The position numbers and the translations under genes are program-made. Positions 40,937 to 51,815 of a stretch of 64,000 nt of DNA are shown here, one piece after another. The DNA lies in contig CBDCXL010000001.1 of NCBI GenBank assembly GCA_965223795.1, positions 608,120-672,119 of the forward strand. Reading direction: 5' to 3'. Within the stretch, counting starts at the first letter, position 1. Every line of letters starts with the position of its first letter. A model generated the notes under the pieces. It saw only the letters and a list, made by a program, of their open reading frames with translations, ran no database searches and was not told the origin of the DNA. The DNA is from Nitrospinales bacterium. GTDB lineage: Bacteria > Nitrospinota > Nitrospinia > Nitrospinales > VA-1.

Positions 40937-42043
40937 ATGTCGAAAACACGTGTCTTCATCGTTGACGGAGATGTGCGCAGCCGCCATTTTCTGAGAGACG
41001 CCGTGACCGCGACCGGTTACGAGGTGGCCGGCTCGGTTTCAAACGGGGAGCTGGCATTGAAAAAAATTCCGATGGTCACGCCGGACGTGGTTTTTCTGGA
41101 AACGGACCTTCCCGGCGAGGATTCCATCGAAACGCTCATCAATATTAGAAAAACCCATTCGCATCTTCCGGTGATCATGCTGAGTTCCAAAACAGGCAAC
41201 GCGTCCGCAGCCAAAGTCCTGGAAGCGTTCGCGGCCGGCGCCAACGGCCATCTGTCCAACACCGATTTCATCGATCCGGAACCGGACACGCGGGAAAATT
41301 TCAATCAATCCGTCGCGGCGAAAGTGATTCCGCTGCTGCGTGAGAGCGCGCAACCCCGGATAACGGAAAAAAAACAGAAGTGGAACCTGCCGTCTCTTTT
41401 TTCACGGCCATCAGCACCGCGCGCCGAAAAAAAACAAACTGCAAGTGAACGGGTGGACATCCTGGTCATCGCCGTGTCCACGGGAGGACCCGAAGCGCTG
41501 AACGCGATCCTCCCCAAGCTGCCGGAAGATTTTCCGGTTCCCATTTTGATCGTGCAGCACATGCCGAAAGAATTCACCACGCATTTCGCGCAGCGGATGA
41601 ACTCGAAATGCCGGCTCCCTTTCGCGGAAGCCCGTTCGGGCGATACCCTGCATCCGGGAAAAGCCTGGCTGGCTCCGGGCGGCAAACACCTCACGGTGTC
41701 CTCGGACGGCAGGCACATCCGCCTGATCACGACGCTGGATCCGCCTGAAAACTCCTGCCGCCCTGCGGCGGACGTGCTGTTCCGCTCGGTGGCCCGGTAT
41801 TACGGCCCCCACACGCTGGCCCTGGTGCTGACGGGCATGGGCAAGGACGGGCTCGAAGGCTCCCGGGAGATCCGGGAAGCGGGCGGGAGAGTCCTGGTTC
41901 AGGATGAATCGACCCGTGTGGTTCAATCGCAACTGGCGGATCAGGTGGTGCCGCTGAACGATATCGCTAACGAGATTCTACGGAGAGTCTGGGAAAAGCG
42001 CCGCGCCCCCAGCACCTCCGAAGCAGCAACTCTGAACTGCTGA
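40937..42043 (+). CDS. cheB: Chemotaxis methylesterase with atypical receiver domain
   Basis: VSTGGP, VQHMP, CRPAADVLF, LTGMGKDG. Confidence 0.88.
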   Translation: MSKTRVFIVDGDVRSRHFLRDAVTATGYEVAGSVSNGELALKKIPMVTPDVVFLETDLPGEDSIETLINIRKTHSHLPVIMLSSKTGNASAAKVLEAFAAGANGHLSNTDFIDPEPDTRENFNQSVAAKVIPLLRESAQPRITEKKQKWNLPSLFSRPSAPRAEKKQTASERVDILVIAVSTGGPEALNAILPKLPEDFPVPILIVQHMPKEFTTHFAQRMNSKCRLPFAEARSGDTLHPGKAWLAPGGKHLTVSSDGRHIRLITTLDPPENSCRPAADVLFRSVARYYGPHTLALVLTGMGKDGLEGSREIREAGGRVLVQDESTRVVQSQLADQVVPLNDIANEILRRVWEKRRAPSTSEAATLNC

Positions 42044-42052
42044 AGGATACCC

Positions 42053-42877
42053 ATGACGATCAGTGCTCCGGATTTTGATTACATCTGCAAGATGATTCGC
42101 GAAAACGCGGCCATCGTACTGGGTCCCGGCAAGGAATACCTGGTGGAATCGCGCATGGCTTCGCTCATCCAGCAGGAAGGCATCGCCTCCATCGAGGACC
42201 TGGTCAAAACCCTACGGCAGAATCCGCAGAACGGGCTGCAGACGCGGGTGGTCGAGGCCATGACGACCAACGAGACCTCGTTTTTCCGCGACATCCACCC
42301 GTTCAACGTCCTCAAGGATCATGTGCTGCCGGAGATCATCGAGAAAAACAAGGACAAACGGCAGATCAACATCTGGTGCGGCGCCAGTTCCAGCGGCCAG
42401 GAGCCTTACAGCCTGGCCATGCTGATCCGGCAGAATTTCCCCAAGATCATCGACTGGAACATCACCTTCATCGCCAGCGACATTTCCCATGAAATGCTCG
42501 ACCGCTGCCGCGAAGGCGTTTACTCGCAGTTGGAGATCAACCGCGGACTGCCCGCTCCCATGATGGTCAAATTTTTTCAGCGCAAGGGAACCGACTGGCA
42601 GATCAAGGACGACCTGCGCAAACTGGTGGACTTCCGGTTCGTCAACCTCTGCCAGGACTGGCCTTTCATGCCGCCTATGGATCTGGTCATGATGCGCAAT
42701 GTGCTGATCTACTTCGACGTGGAAATCAAAAAAGAAATCCTGGTGAAAGTGAAAAAGAACTTAAAGCCCGGCGGGTACCTGTTTCTGGGAGCAGCCGAAA
42801 CCACGATCAACCTGGAAGACTCCTTTGAACGTATGAATTTCAAACAATCGGGTTGTTACCGAATCAAACAGGATTGA
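42053..42877 (+). CDS. cheR: Chemotaxis methyltransferase
   Basis: MTTNETSFFRD, IWCGASSSGQEPYS, RNVLIYFD, GYLFLGAAE. Confidence 0.95.
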   Translation: MTISAPDFDYICKMIRENAAIVLGPGKEYLVESRMASLIQQEGIASIEDLVKTLRQNPQNGLQTRVVEAMTTNETSFFRDIHPFNVLKDHVLPEIIEKNKDKRQINIWCGASSSGQEPYSLAMLIRQNFPKIIDWNITFIASDISHEMLDRCREGVYSQLEINRGLPAPMMVKFFQRKGTDWQIKDDLRKLVDFRFVNLCQDWPFMPPMDLVMMRNVLIYFDVEIKKEILVKVKKNLKPGGYLFLGAAETTINLEDSFERMNFKQSGCYRIKQD

Positions 42878-42880
42878 ACC

Positions 42881-43342
42881 ATGCAATTTCTTGAAAACGA
42901 AATTCGCGAATACACCGAATCCATCTGGAAATCGATCCTCGACCTTGAAGCGACGCCGTCTAAAGAAACGTTCGAATTCGCCGATGGCAAACCCTCTCTG
43001 GCTGGATGCGTGCAGATCACGGGAACCTGGGAAGGTTCGGTGGCCATCCACTGCCCGGATGAACTGGCCCGTCAATGGGCGGCCATCATGTTCGGGCTGG
43101 ATGAAACGTCGGCGCAGAAAGAGGAAATTCAGGACGCGCTGGGCGAACTGACGAACATGACCGGCGGCAACATCAAATCCCTGCTGCCGGAGCCGTGCTT
43201 TCTTTCCATACCCGCCGTGGCCTACACCGACAGCGCCATGCGGTTTCCGGGAAGCGAGCTGGTCACACAGGTGACGTTCCAGTGCAACAGCGGTTTTTTT
43301 CTTGTGTCCCTGTTGAAAAAGATAGAAGAGATCAACAGCTGA
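42881..43342 (+). CDS. cheX: CheX-family phosphatase
   Basis: VQITGTWEG, DALGELTNMTGGNIK, LSIPAV. Confidence 0.85.
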   Translation: MQFLENEIREYTESIWKSILDLEATPSKETFEFADGKPSLAGCVQITGTWEGSVAIHCPDELARQWAAIMFGLDETSAQKEEIQDALGELTNMTGGNIKSLLPEPCFLSIPAVAYTDSAMRFPGSELVTQVTFQCNSGFFLVSLLKKIEEINS

Positions 43343-43368
43343 CCCCATCGATCCGGGAAGGAGAGAAC

Positions 43369-43833
43369 ATGCAGAACTACAGTCAGGAAATCCGGGAATA
43401 CGCGGAGTTTATCTGGACCTCCCAATTCGGCATGAGCGTGACGTCCTCTCAATCCAGCGCGCCGCAGGATCGCAGCGATCTCGTCCTCGGCATCGTCAAC
43501 ATCACCGGCAAGGAGCCGGCCAGCGTTGTCGTCAAGATCGAACCCAAGCTGATCGAGTCTCTCACCGAAATCATGTTCGCGCTCGACAAGGGCAAAGCCA
43601 CACAGGATGAAATGCGCGACGCGATTTCCGAAATCACCAACCAGATCGGCGGCAACCTCAAATCACTGATGCCGCAGCCGAGCAGCCTGTCTATCCCGGT
43701 GGTGATCCTGGACGATAAAAAACCACAATTCCCGCACGCGAAACCGGTCACGGATGTAGCTTTCGAATGCCAGGCCGGCAAGTTCTGGGTGTCCATCCTG
43801 GAGCCGCAGGAAAACACGACCGTCCCGGTCTGA
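43369..43833 (+). CDS. cheX: CheX-family phosphatase, second copy
   Basis: VNITG, DAISEITNQIGGNLK, LSIPVV. Confidence 0.82.
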   Translation: MQNYSQEIREYAEFIWTSQFGMSVTSSQSSAPQDRSDLVLGIVNITGKEPASVVVKIEPKLIESLTEIMFALDKGKATQDEMRDAISEITNQIGGNLKSLMPQPSSLSIPVVILDDKKPQFPHAKPVTDVAFECQAGKFWVSILEPQENTTVPV

Positions 43834-43982
43834 CCCGCCGCTTTTTTTCCATCACCTGATTTGAAATCGATTCCCGCTGTAGGTGGGGCTTTCCTGGGCG
43901 TCTTGCGCGCAGAAGGAGGGTTCAGGCCCGGCTTCACGCCGGAGCCTGCCGCGTTCGGACGCGGTGAATCTCGCGCAACGGT

Positions 43983-44378
43983 TCAGGACCGTTTTTTGAG
44001 ACCCAGATGCTGGTGGATCTCCTGTTCCACCTGGTCGTGGTCGGCCTGGGAATTGTGCAGCACCAGGTTCTGCAGATGATCGTAGCTGTCCAGCTCGATT
44101 TCCGTGAACTGGATGCCCACTCCGGAATTGACGCACCGCATGACGCGGCCCTTGACATCAATGCGGACCGGCTGGTCCGTCCCTTCCAGCAGCAGCGCGA
44201 CCTCGCAGATCGAGCCCACAGGCAGTTTTTCCTCACACGTCAGATAGATCCCCTTCATGCTCAGATCCTTGGTCTGATCGGTCACGATGGTCTGAGAACC
44301 GCAGCGGATTTCCACTTTCAGGTGGATGGGCACGCGCGTGAATTCCCGGGCATTCTGGGTTTCTTGAATCGGCATCAT
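43983..44378 (-). CDS. PilZ domain protein
   Basis: REFTR (RxxxR), DLSMKG (DxSxxG), GVGIQF. Confidence 0.88.
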   Translation of the reverse strand: MMPIQETQNAREFTRVPIHLKVEIRCGSQTIVTDQTKDLSMKGIYLTCEEKLPVGSICEVALLLEGTDQPVRIDVKGRVMRCVNSGVGIQFTEIELDSYDHLQNLVLHNSQADHDQVEQEIHQHLGLKKRS

Positions 44379-44649
44379 GGCTTCCTTTATTTTGTTACCA
44401 TCTTCTCATTATAATGGAAAATTTAAGTAAATTAAAGGGAAATCCCTGCCAAAACACTGATAATATTGTTGTTTTATAACGATTTAGCTCCTCCCTCCCC
44501 GGCATCCGGGAAATTCTCTTGATTTCTTATATTTATATCCGCCACCGCCTTGACATGGGTCCGGAGGGGTCTTATTTGACCTAGCAGGACGCGAAAAAGG
44601 CATAAAAGTTCGAAAAGTAACGACTTAAAAATAGAAAGGATCGCATCTC

Positions 44650-46587
44650 ATGGGAAAAATCGTAGGCATTGACCTGGGAACCACCAACTCGGTGGTTGCC
44701 GTGATGGAAGGAAACGAGCCGAAAGTCATCCTCAACGAGGAAGGCAGCCGGACCACCCCCTCTGTGGTGGCATTCACCAAGGAAGGCGAGATCCTTGTGG
44801 GTCAGGTGGCCAAGCGCCAGGCCATTGCCAACCCGGAAAACACCATATTCTCCGTAAAACGGTTCATGGGACGGTCCTACGACGAAGTTTCCGAAGAAAT
44901 GAAGATGGTGCCCTACAAGGTGGTCAAGGGCCCCAACAACTCGGTGAAGATCGACGCCGGCGGCAAGCAGTACACCCCGCCCGAAATCTCCGCCATGATT
45001 CTGCAGAAGCTGAAAAAGTCCGCGGAGGCCTATCTCGGCGAGCCGGTGACGGAAGCGGTCATCACGGTGCCCGCCTACTTCAACGACGCGCAGCGGCAGG
45101 CCACCAAGGACGCGGGAAAAATCGCGGGTCTTGAGGTCAAGCGCATCATCAACGAGCCCACCGCCTCGGCGCTGGCGTACGGTCTCGATAAAAACAAGGA
45201 CCACATGATCGCGGTGTACGACTTCGGCGGCGGCACCTTCGACATTTCCATCCTGGAAGTCGGCGACAACGTCGTGGAGGTGAAGGCGACCAACGGCGAC
45301 ACACATCTGGGCGGCGACAACCTGGACCAGAGGGTCATCGACTGGCTGGTGGAGGAGTTCAAGAAGGATCAGGGCATCGATCTCTCCAAGGACAACATGG
45401 CGCTGCAGCGGCTCAAGGAAGCGGCCGAGAAAGCCAAGATGGAGCTTTCCACCACCAACGAAACGGACATCAACCTGCCGTTCATCACCGCCGACGCGAG
45501 CGGCCCGAAACATCTGAACCTCAAGCTCTCGCGCGCGAAGTTCGAATCGATGGTGGAAGATCTGATCGAACGCTCGCACGGCCCCTGCAACAAGGCGCTT
45601 TCGGATGCCGGTCTGAATGCGGACCAGATCCACGAAGCGGTCCTGGTGGGCGGCTCCACCCGGGTGCCGAAGGTGCAGGCGCTGGTCAAGGAACTGTTCG
45701 GCAAAGACCCGCACCGCGGCGTGAACCCCGACGAGGTGGTTGCGCTGGGCGCGGCGGTTCAGGCCGGCGTGCTTGCAGGCGACGTGAAGGACATTCTGCT
45801 CCTGGACGTGACGCCGCTGTCTCTCGGCATCGAGACGCTGGGCGGCGTCACCACGAAGCTGATCGACCGCAACACCACGATCCCGACGCGCAAGAGCGAG
45901 ACCTTCTCGACGGCGGCGGACAATCAGCCCAGTGTGGAGATCAACGTGCTGCAGGGAGAACGGGAAATGTCGAAAGACAACCGTTCGCTCGGCAAGTTCC
46001 ACCTGGACGGCATCCCGCCGGCGCCGCGCGGCGTGCCGCAGATCGAGGTCACCTTCGACATCGACGCCAACGGCATCATCAACGTGACCGCCAAGGACAA
46101 AGGCACGCAGAAAGAGCAGAAGATCACCATCACCGATTCCACCGGCCTGTCCGACACGGAAATCGAGAACATGGTGAAAGACGCCGAAGCCAACGCGGAT
46201 GCGGACAAGAAGCGGCGCGAGAAGATCGATGTCAAAAACCAGCTCGACTCTTTGATCTACAGCTCGGAGAAAACCATCCGCGAGAACAAGGACAAGCTGA
46301 AGGAAGAGGACGTCAAGGCGGCCGAGGAAGCCATCGAAGAGGCCAAAAAGCATCTGGAAGGTGAGGTCGAACCGATGAAGGAGCAGATCGAGAAGCTCAA
46401 TCAGATCGCGCAGACCATCGCCAAGGCCATGTACTCGCAGGCCCAGCAGGATCCCAACGCAGGCGGCCCGCAGGCCGGCGGTCCCTCGGACGACGCTTCC
46501 GGCGACGCCGGCGGCTCCGGCGGTGCGAAGGACAAGGCCGACGAGGATGTGGTGGACGCCGAGTTCGAGGACATCGGCAAAAAGTAA
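44650..46587 (+). CDS. dnaK: Chaperone DnaK (Hsp70)
   Basis: [33 protein letters not shown]. Confidence 0.99.
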   Translation: MGKIVGIDLGTTNSVVAVMEGNEPKVILNEEGSRTTPSVVAFTKEGEILVGQVAKRQAIANPENTIFSVKRFMGRSYDEVSEEMKMVPYKVVKGPNNSVKIDAGGKQYTPPEISAMILQKLKKSAEAYLGEPVTEAVITVPAYFNDAQRQATKDAGKIAGLEVKRIINEPTASALAYGLDKNKDHMIAVYDFGGGTFDISILEVGDNVVEVKATNGDTHLGGDNLDQRVIDWLVEEFKKDQGIDLSKDNMALQRLKEAAEKAKMELSTTNETDINLPFITADASGPKHLNLKLSRAKFESMVEDLIERSHGPCNKALSDAGLNADQIHEAVLVGGSTRVPKVQALVKELFGKDPHRGVNPDEVVALGAAVQAGVLAGDVKDILLLDVTPLSLGIETLGGVTTKLIDRNTTIPTRKSETFSTAADNQPSVEINVLQGEREMSKDNRSLGKFHLDGIPPAPRGVPQIEVTFDIDANGIINVTAKDKGTQKEQKITITDSTGLSDTEIENMVKDAEANADADKKRREKIDVKNQLDSLIYSSEKTIRENKDKLKEEDVKAAEEAIEEAKKHLEGEVEPMKEQIEKLNQIAQTIAKAMYSQAQQDPNAGGPQAGGPSDDASGDAGGSGGAKDKADEDVVDAEFEDIGKK

Positions 46588-46695
46588 GTTTCAGCGAGAC
46601 GTGATTGTGCTTGATACAGCGGGGGGGCTCCGGTTCGGGGCCCCCGTCGTTGTTTTATCACCGTCCGGTTCATATCCGGCAACACACCATCCCCC

Positions 46696-47301
46696 ATGAC
46701 AGACGAAAACAAAGACAAACCCGCAGAGAAACCGAAAATCGTGGTTGTCGACCGTCGCCACTCGATGAACGCGGAGGACGATACCGGCGAGGAAACCGCC
46801 AACGTGGAAGAACGCTATCCCAACTACGTCGAACAGCTGCGCCGCGAGGCCGAGGACAAGGACAAACGGCTGCGCGAATACATCGCCGCGTACAAGGAAA
46901 AGAGCGCGGAAAACGACGAATTCCGTGCGCGGCTGGCGCGCGACAACGACAACCGGCTGGAACAGTTCAAGGCGAATCTGTTTTCCCGGCTGGTGCCCAT
47001 CCTGGACAACCTCAAACGCGCGGCCGGCGCGGCCCAGAACAGCGGCGATTTCGACAGCCTGAAGGAAGGCATCGAGCTGGTGGTGCAGCAGTACGCGCGC
47101 GAGCTGGAAGACAACGGCGTCGAGGTGATCCAAGCTGTGGGCGAGAAATTCGATCCCAAAATCCACGAAGCGTTTCTCACCGTCGACACGCAGGACGCCG
47201 GGCAGGACAATGTCGTCATCGAGGAGCTGGAACCGGGCTACCTGTTCAAGGACAAGCTCATCAAAGCCGCCAAGGTGAAAGTGGCGCGGCTGGTATCATG
47301 A
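46696..47301 (+). CDS. grpE: Nucleotide exchange factor GrpE
   Basis: PILDNLKRA, GEKFDPKIHEA, GYLFKDKLIKAAKVKV. Confidence 0.93.
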   Translation: MTDENKDKPAEKPKIVVVDRRHSMNAEDDTGEETANVEERYPNYVEQLRREAEDKDKRLREYIAAYKEKSAENDEFRARLARDNDNRLEQFKANLFSRLVPILDNLKRAAGAAQNSGDFDSLKEGIELVVQQYARELEDNGVEVIQAVGEKFDPKIHEAFLTVDTQDAGQDNVVIEELEPGYLFKDKLIKAAKVKVARLVS

Positions 47302-47473
47302 CCGCCCGCATGGAAAGAAATTTCCCAGTCTTTCTTCCTTTCTCATTGCGAACTGATTACAATACCGCGGACCGCTTTTCCGCTACGGCGGAGAACGGCA
47401 CCCTGCCGGTTCTGGTCCGGCCGCGGGTGCGAACTATCACGACCGGCAAGCAACGAGCGACATAAAGGAACCC

Positions 47474-48556
47474 ATGACCAAACGCGATTACTACGAAGTG
47501 CTGGGTGTTTCCAGAGACGCCTCCGAATCGGAACTGAAAAAATCCTACCGCAAGCTGGCCATGCAGTACCATCCGGACAAAAACCCCGGAGACCACACCG
47601 CCGAAGAAAAATTCAAGGAAGCCGCCGAAGCGTACGAGGTCCTCAAGGACCCGGACAAGCGCCGGGTGTACGATCAGTTCGGCCACGAAGGCCTGAAGAG
47701 CACCGGATTTTCCGGCCCGCGCGGGTTTGAAGACATCTTCTCCTCATTCGGGGACATCTTCGGCGAGTTTTTCGGCGGCGGGGCGGCGACGGGCGCGGAT
47801 CTCAGGCTGGATCTCAAGATCAGCTTCGCCGAGGCGGCTTTCGGAACCCAGAAAGACGTGGAGATCAGCAAGCGGGTCGCCTGCAAAACCTGCTCGGGCT
47901 CGGGCGCGAAACCGGGTTACCCGCCCAAAAACTGCGGCACCTGCCGGGGAACCGGCCAGGTGGTGCGGACGCAGGGTTTTTTCAGCGTCAGCACTCCCTG
48001 CCCGGACTGCCACGGCGCGGGCCAGGTCATCACGCATCCCTGCAAAAGCTGTCACGGCGAAGGCCGTACGATGGACAAGAAGAAGCTCAACGTCAACATT
48101 CCCGCCGGTGTGGACGACGGCACGCGTCTCAGGCTGCGTGGTGAAGGGGAAGCGGGACCGGGCGGGCAACCGTCCGGCGATCTCTACGTTTTCATCCACG
48201 TCAAGGCGCACGATTTTTTTCACCGCGAGGGCGAGGACGTCCATTGCCGGCTGCCGCTGAGCTTTTCCCAGGCGGCGCTGGGAGCGGAGATCGAGGTGCC
48301 GCTGCTGGAGGACGGCCAGACCAAGGTGATCACCGTTGCGCCGGGGACCCAGTCCGGCCAGACGCAGAAAATCTCAGGCGGCGGCATCGCCAGCCTGCGC
48401 GGACGCGGACGCGGCGACCAGATCATTCATTTTTCGGTGGAAACGCCGCGCAAGCTGAGCAAGCGGCAGAAGGAACTGTTCAAGGAACTGGCGGAACTGG
48501 ACGGAAAACCCGCCAAGGAAACGTTCAAGGGATTCTTTGAAAAGCTGATGCCGTAG
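47474..48556 (+). CDS. dnaJ: Chaperone DnaJ
   Basis: J-domain HPD motif, four CxxCxGxG repeats. Confidence 0.98.
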   Translation: MTKRDYYEVLGVSRDASESELKKSYRKLAMQYHPDKNPGDHTAEEKFKEAAEAYEVLKDPDKRRVYDQFGHEGLKSTGFSGPRGFEDIFSSFGDIFGEFFGGGAATGADLRLDLKISFAEAAFGTQKDVEISKRVACKTCSGSGAKPGYPPKNCGTCRGTGQVVRTQGFFSVSTPCPDCHGAGQVITHPCKSCHGEGRTMDKKKLNVNIPAGVDDGTRLRLRGEGEAGPGGQPSGDLYVFIHVKAHDFFHREGEDVHCRLPLSFSQAALGAEIEVPLLEDGQTKVITVAPGTQSGQTQKISGGGIASLRGRGRGDQIIHFSVETPRKLSKRQKELFKELAELDGKPAKETFKGFFEKLMP

Positions 48557-48593
48557 CGCGTGGGCGGACAGCACCCGCACTCGAATCGAAGGC

Positions 48594-48633
48594 ATAAAAA
48601 AAGCCGGTCTGGATAACCAGACCGGCTTTTCTA
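48594..48633. terminator. Bidirectional rho-independent terminator
   Basis: AAAAAAAGCCGGTCTGG-ATAA-CCAGACCGGCTTTT between convergent genes. Confidence 0.85.
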
Positions 48634-48655
48634 TTGATTCGTTCGGATGTTTCAA

Positions 48656-49066
48656 TCAACCACAGGTCACGTTGATGGGAACGGTTCCGGTGTTGGTGAT
48701 CCTGACTTCACCGCTGATGTCGCCGATGGAGTCGCCGCGGCTGAAATTGGTCTGCTTTTTCAGAACCACGGACTTTTTGCCCATCGAATGCTTGTTGGAC
48801 ATTCCCACTTTTCTCTCACCTTCCATGCCGTGATGGTCCGTCGGTCCGAGGGTGATGGGAACGGTGGTGTAGTTGGAAGATTTCCAGATCACGGCGTTGG
48901 CGTTGCCGCGGTCACCGGCGGAAGAATTCCCGGCTGCTTCCAGGGTGATGGAATTTGCGTTTTTGCAGGTCGTTTTCTGGCCCGGATTGATGGAACCGGC
49001 AAAAGCGGCGGCCGCGAAACAGAGAACGGAAATTGCTACTACGAATACAATGGCGAGTTTTTTCAT
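48656..49066 (-). CDS. Secreted hypothetical protein, beta-rich, with Cys near both ends
   Basis: GGAGG RBS; signal peptide ending AAAAFA. Confidence 0.75.
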   Translation of the reverse strand: MKKLAIVFVVAISVLCFAAAAFAGSINPGQKTTCKNANSITLEAAGNSSAGDRGNANAVIWKSSNYTTVPITLGPTDHHGMEGERKVGMSNKHSMGKKSVVLKKQTNFSRGDSIGDISGEVRITNTGTVPINVTCG

Positions 49067-49598
49067 GAGTGTGATCCTCCCTTACCCTTAGTTAAAGACA
49101 ATCTTGATACAATACGGATCGTTGAGGCGTTTTCGGTAGACCCACCTCCTCCCTGTTGTTGTGACACCTCATCGGTGTTTCACTATTGAAATTTAAAAGA
49201 ACAAATCCCTCAAGTCGGGAATGTGTCGCATTTTGAGCGCGTTTCCGAATCCGGATCACAGCAAAATGGAATTCGAAACAGTCTGCGGCCTAGTTTACTT
49301 AAAGCTAATCCAGCTTTAAGGATTGATAAAGTATACTTAGGATAAAAATCCTGTCAATCCTTTTTTAGCTTTTTATGGACAGGTTCACCCCTTCTGACTA
49401 AAATGCTAAAAATTTTCGGGCGGATTCGCGCCCGGAATCGGTTCGGCGCAGCGAAGCGACGGCTGCGGGCGGAGACGGCGCCGCCGCATTCGTGTCCTGC
49501 CTGTTGAAATAAACCCATAATTTTCAAGTTTCCTGTCCCGTTCCGCACAGCCGGGTGCGGCAGCGGCCGGCTGCCTACTCATCTGAAATCAGCTTTGC

Positions 49599-50312
49599 AT
49601 GGAACCCACCGCCGACAACAATCTCTGGCAGGAATTGCGCACCCGCATCGTCGGGGGCAACCCGAAGAAACGCTTCATCCGCTTTCTCATTCTGGTGTCG
49701 ATCGGCCTGATCACCAGCTACCTGTTCTTCCGCCAGGGAATCCGCCTGACTCCGGAAACCTTCCGCGATTTCGTGCTGTCCCTGGGGATCGCGGGGCCGA
49801 TCATCTACACCTGTATTTTCATCGTGCGGCCGCTGTTTCTGATTCCCTCGATCGCCCTGTTCATCGCCGGAGGGCTGGCCTTCGGGCCGGTCTGGGGGCC
49901 GCTGTACGCCTCGTTCGGCGCGGCGCTGGGAGGAACGCTGGGGTTCTGGATCGCGCGCAAGCTGGGCCGCGATTATGTGGAGAGCAAGCTCAAGTTCGGC
50001 ACCAGCGTGCTGGAGAACACCACCTTCAGCGTTTGGGTGGTGTTTCTGCTGAGCCTGTTTCCCGTCATGCCGGTCACGGTGATCAACTATGGGGCGGGTC
50101 TCTCGCCCATGCGCTTTCAGAATTACATCGCCGCGCATGTGCTCGGGCTGACGCCGCGCGCCTTCGCATACGGATTTTTCGGCAGCACGCTGCTGGAGAT
50201 CGGCTCGCCGCGGTTCCGGGCAGCGGTGCTGATCCTGCTGCTGCTGGGACTGGTCACGGTGTACTTCAGGCTGCGCAACCGCCAGGCGGAGCAGCGGGCG
50301 GCGGGAGAATGA
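49599..50312 (+). CDS. TVP38/TMEM64 (DedA superfamily) membrane protein
   Basis: FIAGGLAFGPVWG, GFWIARKLGR, PVMPVTVINYGAGLS. Confidence 0.88.
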   Translation: MEPTADNNLWQELRTRIVGGNPKKRFIRFLILVSIGLITSYLFFRQGIRLTPETFRDFVLSLGIAGPIIYTCIFIVRPLFLIPSIALFIAGGLAFGPVWGPLYASFGAALGGTLGFWIARKLGRDYVESKLKFGTSVLENTTFSVWVVFLLSLFPVMPVTVINYGAGLSPMRFQNYIAAHVLGLTPRAFAYGFFGSTLLEIGSPRFRAAVLILLLLGLVTVYFRLRNRQAEQRAAGE

Positions 50313-50327
50313 GGCGGGGCGGACCTG

Positions 50328-51683
50328 TCAGGCTTCCCGCTCCGTGTCTTTGAGGCAGGTTCCATCCGGGATGACGAGCGGGCCGTTGCCTTTGAGCCGG
50401 ATGGCTCCCTCCAGCCGCACGTCGCGGCCGATACGCACGTCCCCTTCCATGGCGAGGCTTTCGAGTTTGAGCAGCCCCGGCGGATGCGGAATGCGTTCCT
50501 GATACGCATCGAGCTGATCGAACGGCTTGCCGAGCCGCACCTGCGGCAACGAGGGCTGCGTGCGGGCCGGGTTGCGCACCAGCCGGGCGTTTTCGAGCAC
50601 GAACAGATCCGACTGCACCAGCAGCAGGTCGTCGGTCTTTTTCACGGGCATGAAGCGGTCGCGGGAGACGGTCAGGCCGACGGCGTTGTCGAAGCAGTCG
50701 AGGGCGGAGCCGATCGCCGTTTCCAGCTGCACGACCGCAGTGCCGCCGACCTGTTTGCGGTTGACGATCACATCCAGCCCCAGCGGGCCCTGATCGAGCC
50801 TGCGTTTGAGGTGCCGGAGGTTGATCCAGATGTTGTTGGTGTTGAAGACCTTGAATTTCTCCTGGCTGCAGAATTCCTCCACATGCTGTTTCGGCACGCG
50901 CGCGATCTCCAGCAGCCGAAGCCGCCCGTCGGCCTGGTACAGCGTGCCGCCCTTGACGTCGGCGGCGGTCTTCGGCGTCATTTCCATGAGAAACGGCAGA
51001 TCGTTTTCCAGCATGTGGTTGAGGATGCGGTCGTCGAGCACCGCGCCGAGGTTGTCGGCGTTGGAAACGAACAGCACTTCCCTGCCCTGCTCAAGCAGAC
51101 GGTCGAGCAGGCCGTTTTCCTGCACACAGGCGTAAAAATCGCCGTGCCCCGGCGGATACCAGGCGTCCAGGCCGAACGCCTCTTCTGTGAGGGGATGCAG
51201 GGATTCCGCCTCCAGGCGGGGGAACCGGTTCTGCTGAAACGTGGTGACGGTCTCCGGATACTTGCGGATGATTTCCCCGGTGCGGGCGTGGGTGTAAAAA
51301 CTGTTCATCAGGATGAGCGGCACGTCGACGCCGTGGATCTGCTTGACCGCGGCGAGCTGCTCGACGATGAGATCGAGAAAGGATTTTTCACCGCGCACGC
51401 GGATCGTGGATTTCGGCTCGCGGCAGCCCATGCTGGTCCCCAGTCCGCCGTTCAGCTTGCAGACGGCGGTGCGCGCCAGGTTGCGCGCCGCGGCGGCGGG
51501 ATCGGGCTGTTTGAGGCCTTCGTGCGGCACCAGTTTGTCCTCACTGGGTGTGTGGATGGAGTTCCAGTCCGGCAATGCCGCCGAACCGCGTTTGAATGTC
51601 CGCCACAGGTCGGCGAACGCCGCGCGGGCGCGGGCGTCTACATTCAGGCCGTCGAGATCCGGGGCCGTATCGGAAAAATTCAT
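50328..51683 (-). CDS. UTP--glucose-1-phosphate uridylyltransferase, eukaryote-type (UDPGP family)
   Basis: KLNGGLGTSMG, LMNSFYT, WYPPGHGD, SNADNLGA, DVKGGTL, FNTNNIW, QLETAIG, RFMPVK. Confidence 0.93.
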   Translation of the reverse strand: MNFSDTAPDLDGLNVDARARAAFADLWRTFKRGSAALPDWNSIHTPSEDKLVPHEGLKQPDPAAAARNLARTAVCKLNGGLGTSMGCREPKSTIRVRGEKSFLDLIVEQLAAVKQIHGVDVPLILMNSFYTHARTGEIIRKYPETVTTFQQNRFPRLEAESLHPLTEEAFGLDAWYPPGHGDFYACVQENGLLDRLLEQGREVLFVSNADNLGAVLDDRILNHMLENDLPFLMEMTPKTAADVKGGTLYQADGRLRLLEIARVPKQHVEEFCSQEKFKVFNTNNIWINLRHLKRRLDQGPLGLDVIVNRKQVGGTAVVQLETAIGSALDCFDNAVGLTVSRDRFMPVKKTDDLLLVQSDLFVLENARLVRNPARTQPSLPQVRLGKPFDQLDAYQERIPHPPGLLKLESLAMEGDVRIGRDVRLEGAIRLKGNGPLVIPDGTCLKDTEREA

Positions 51684-51815
51684 ACTCAGGTCCCTTGCAT
51701 TTGAATGATTGTAATGATATTGAAAGACTTACACGAACAATTCCAGAACCGCCTCCACGAGCCGCTCAGCATAAAGCGGGGTCGCTTATTCAGGCGGCGG
51801 GGGGCAGCCGCTTTC

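Noticed and set aside
44400..44649. CIRCE/HrcA operator upstream of dnaK
   Set aside because: No TTAGCACTC-N9-GAGTGCTAA inverted repeat is present.
49318..49362. AAGGATTGA...TCAATCCTT palindrome containing an ACAGGAT-like module
   Set aside because: Too short to assign to the repeat family or to an operator; no cargo gene or partner arm seen.
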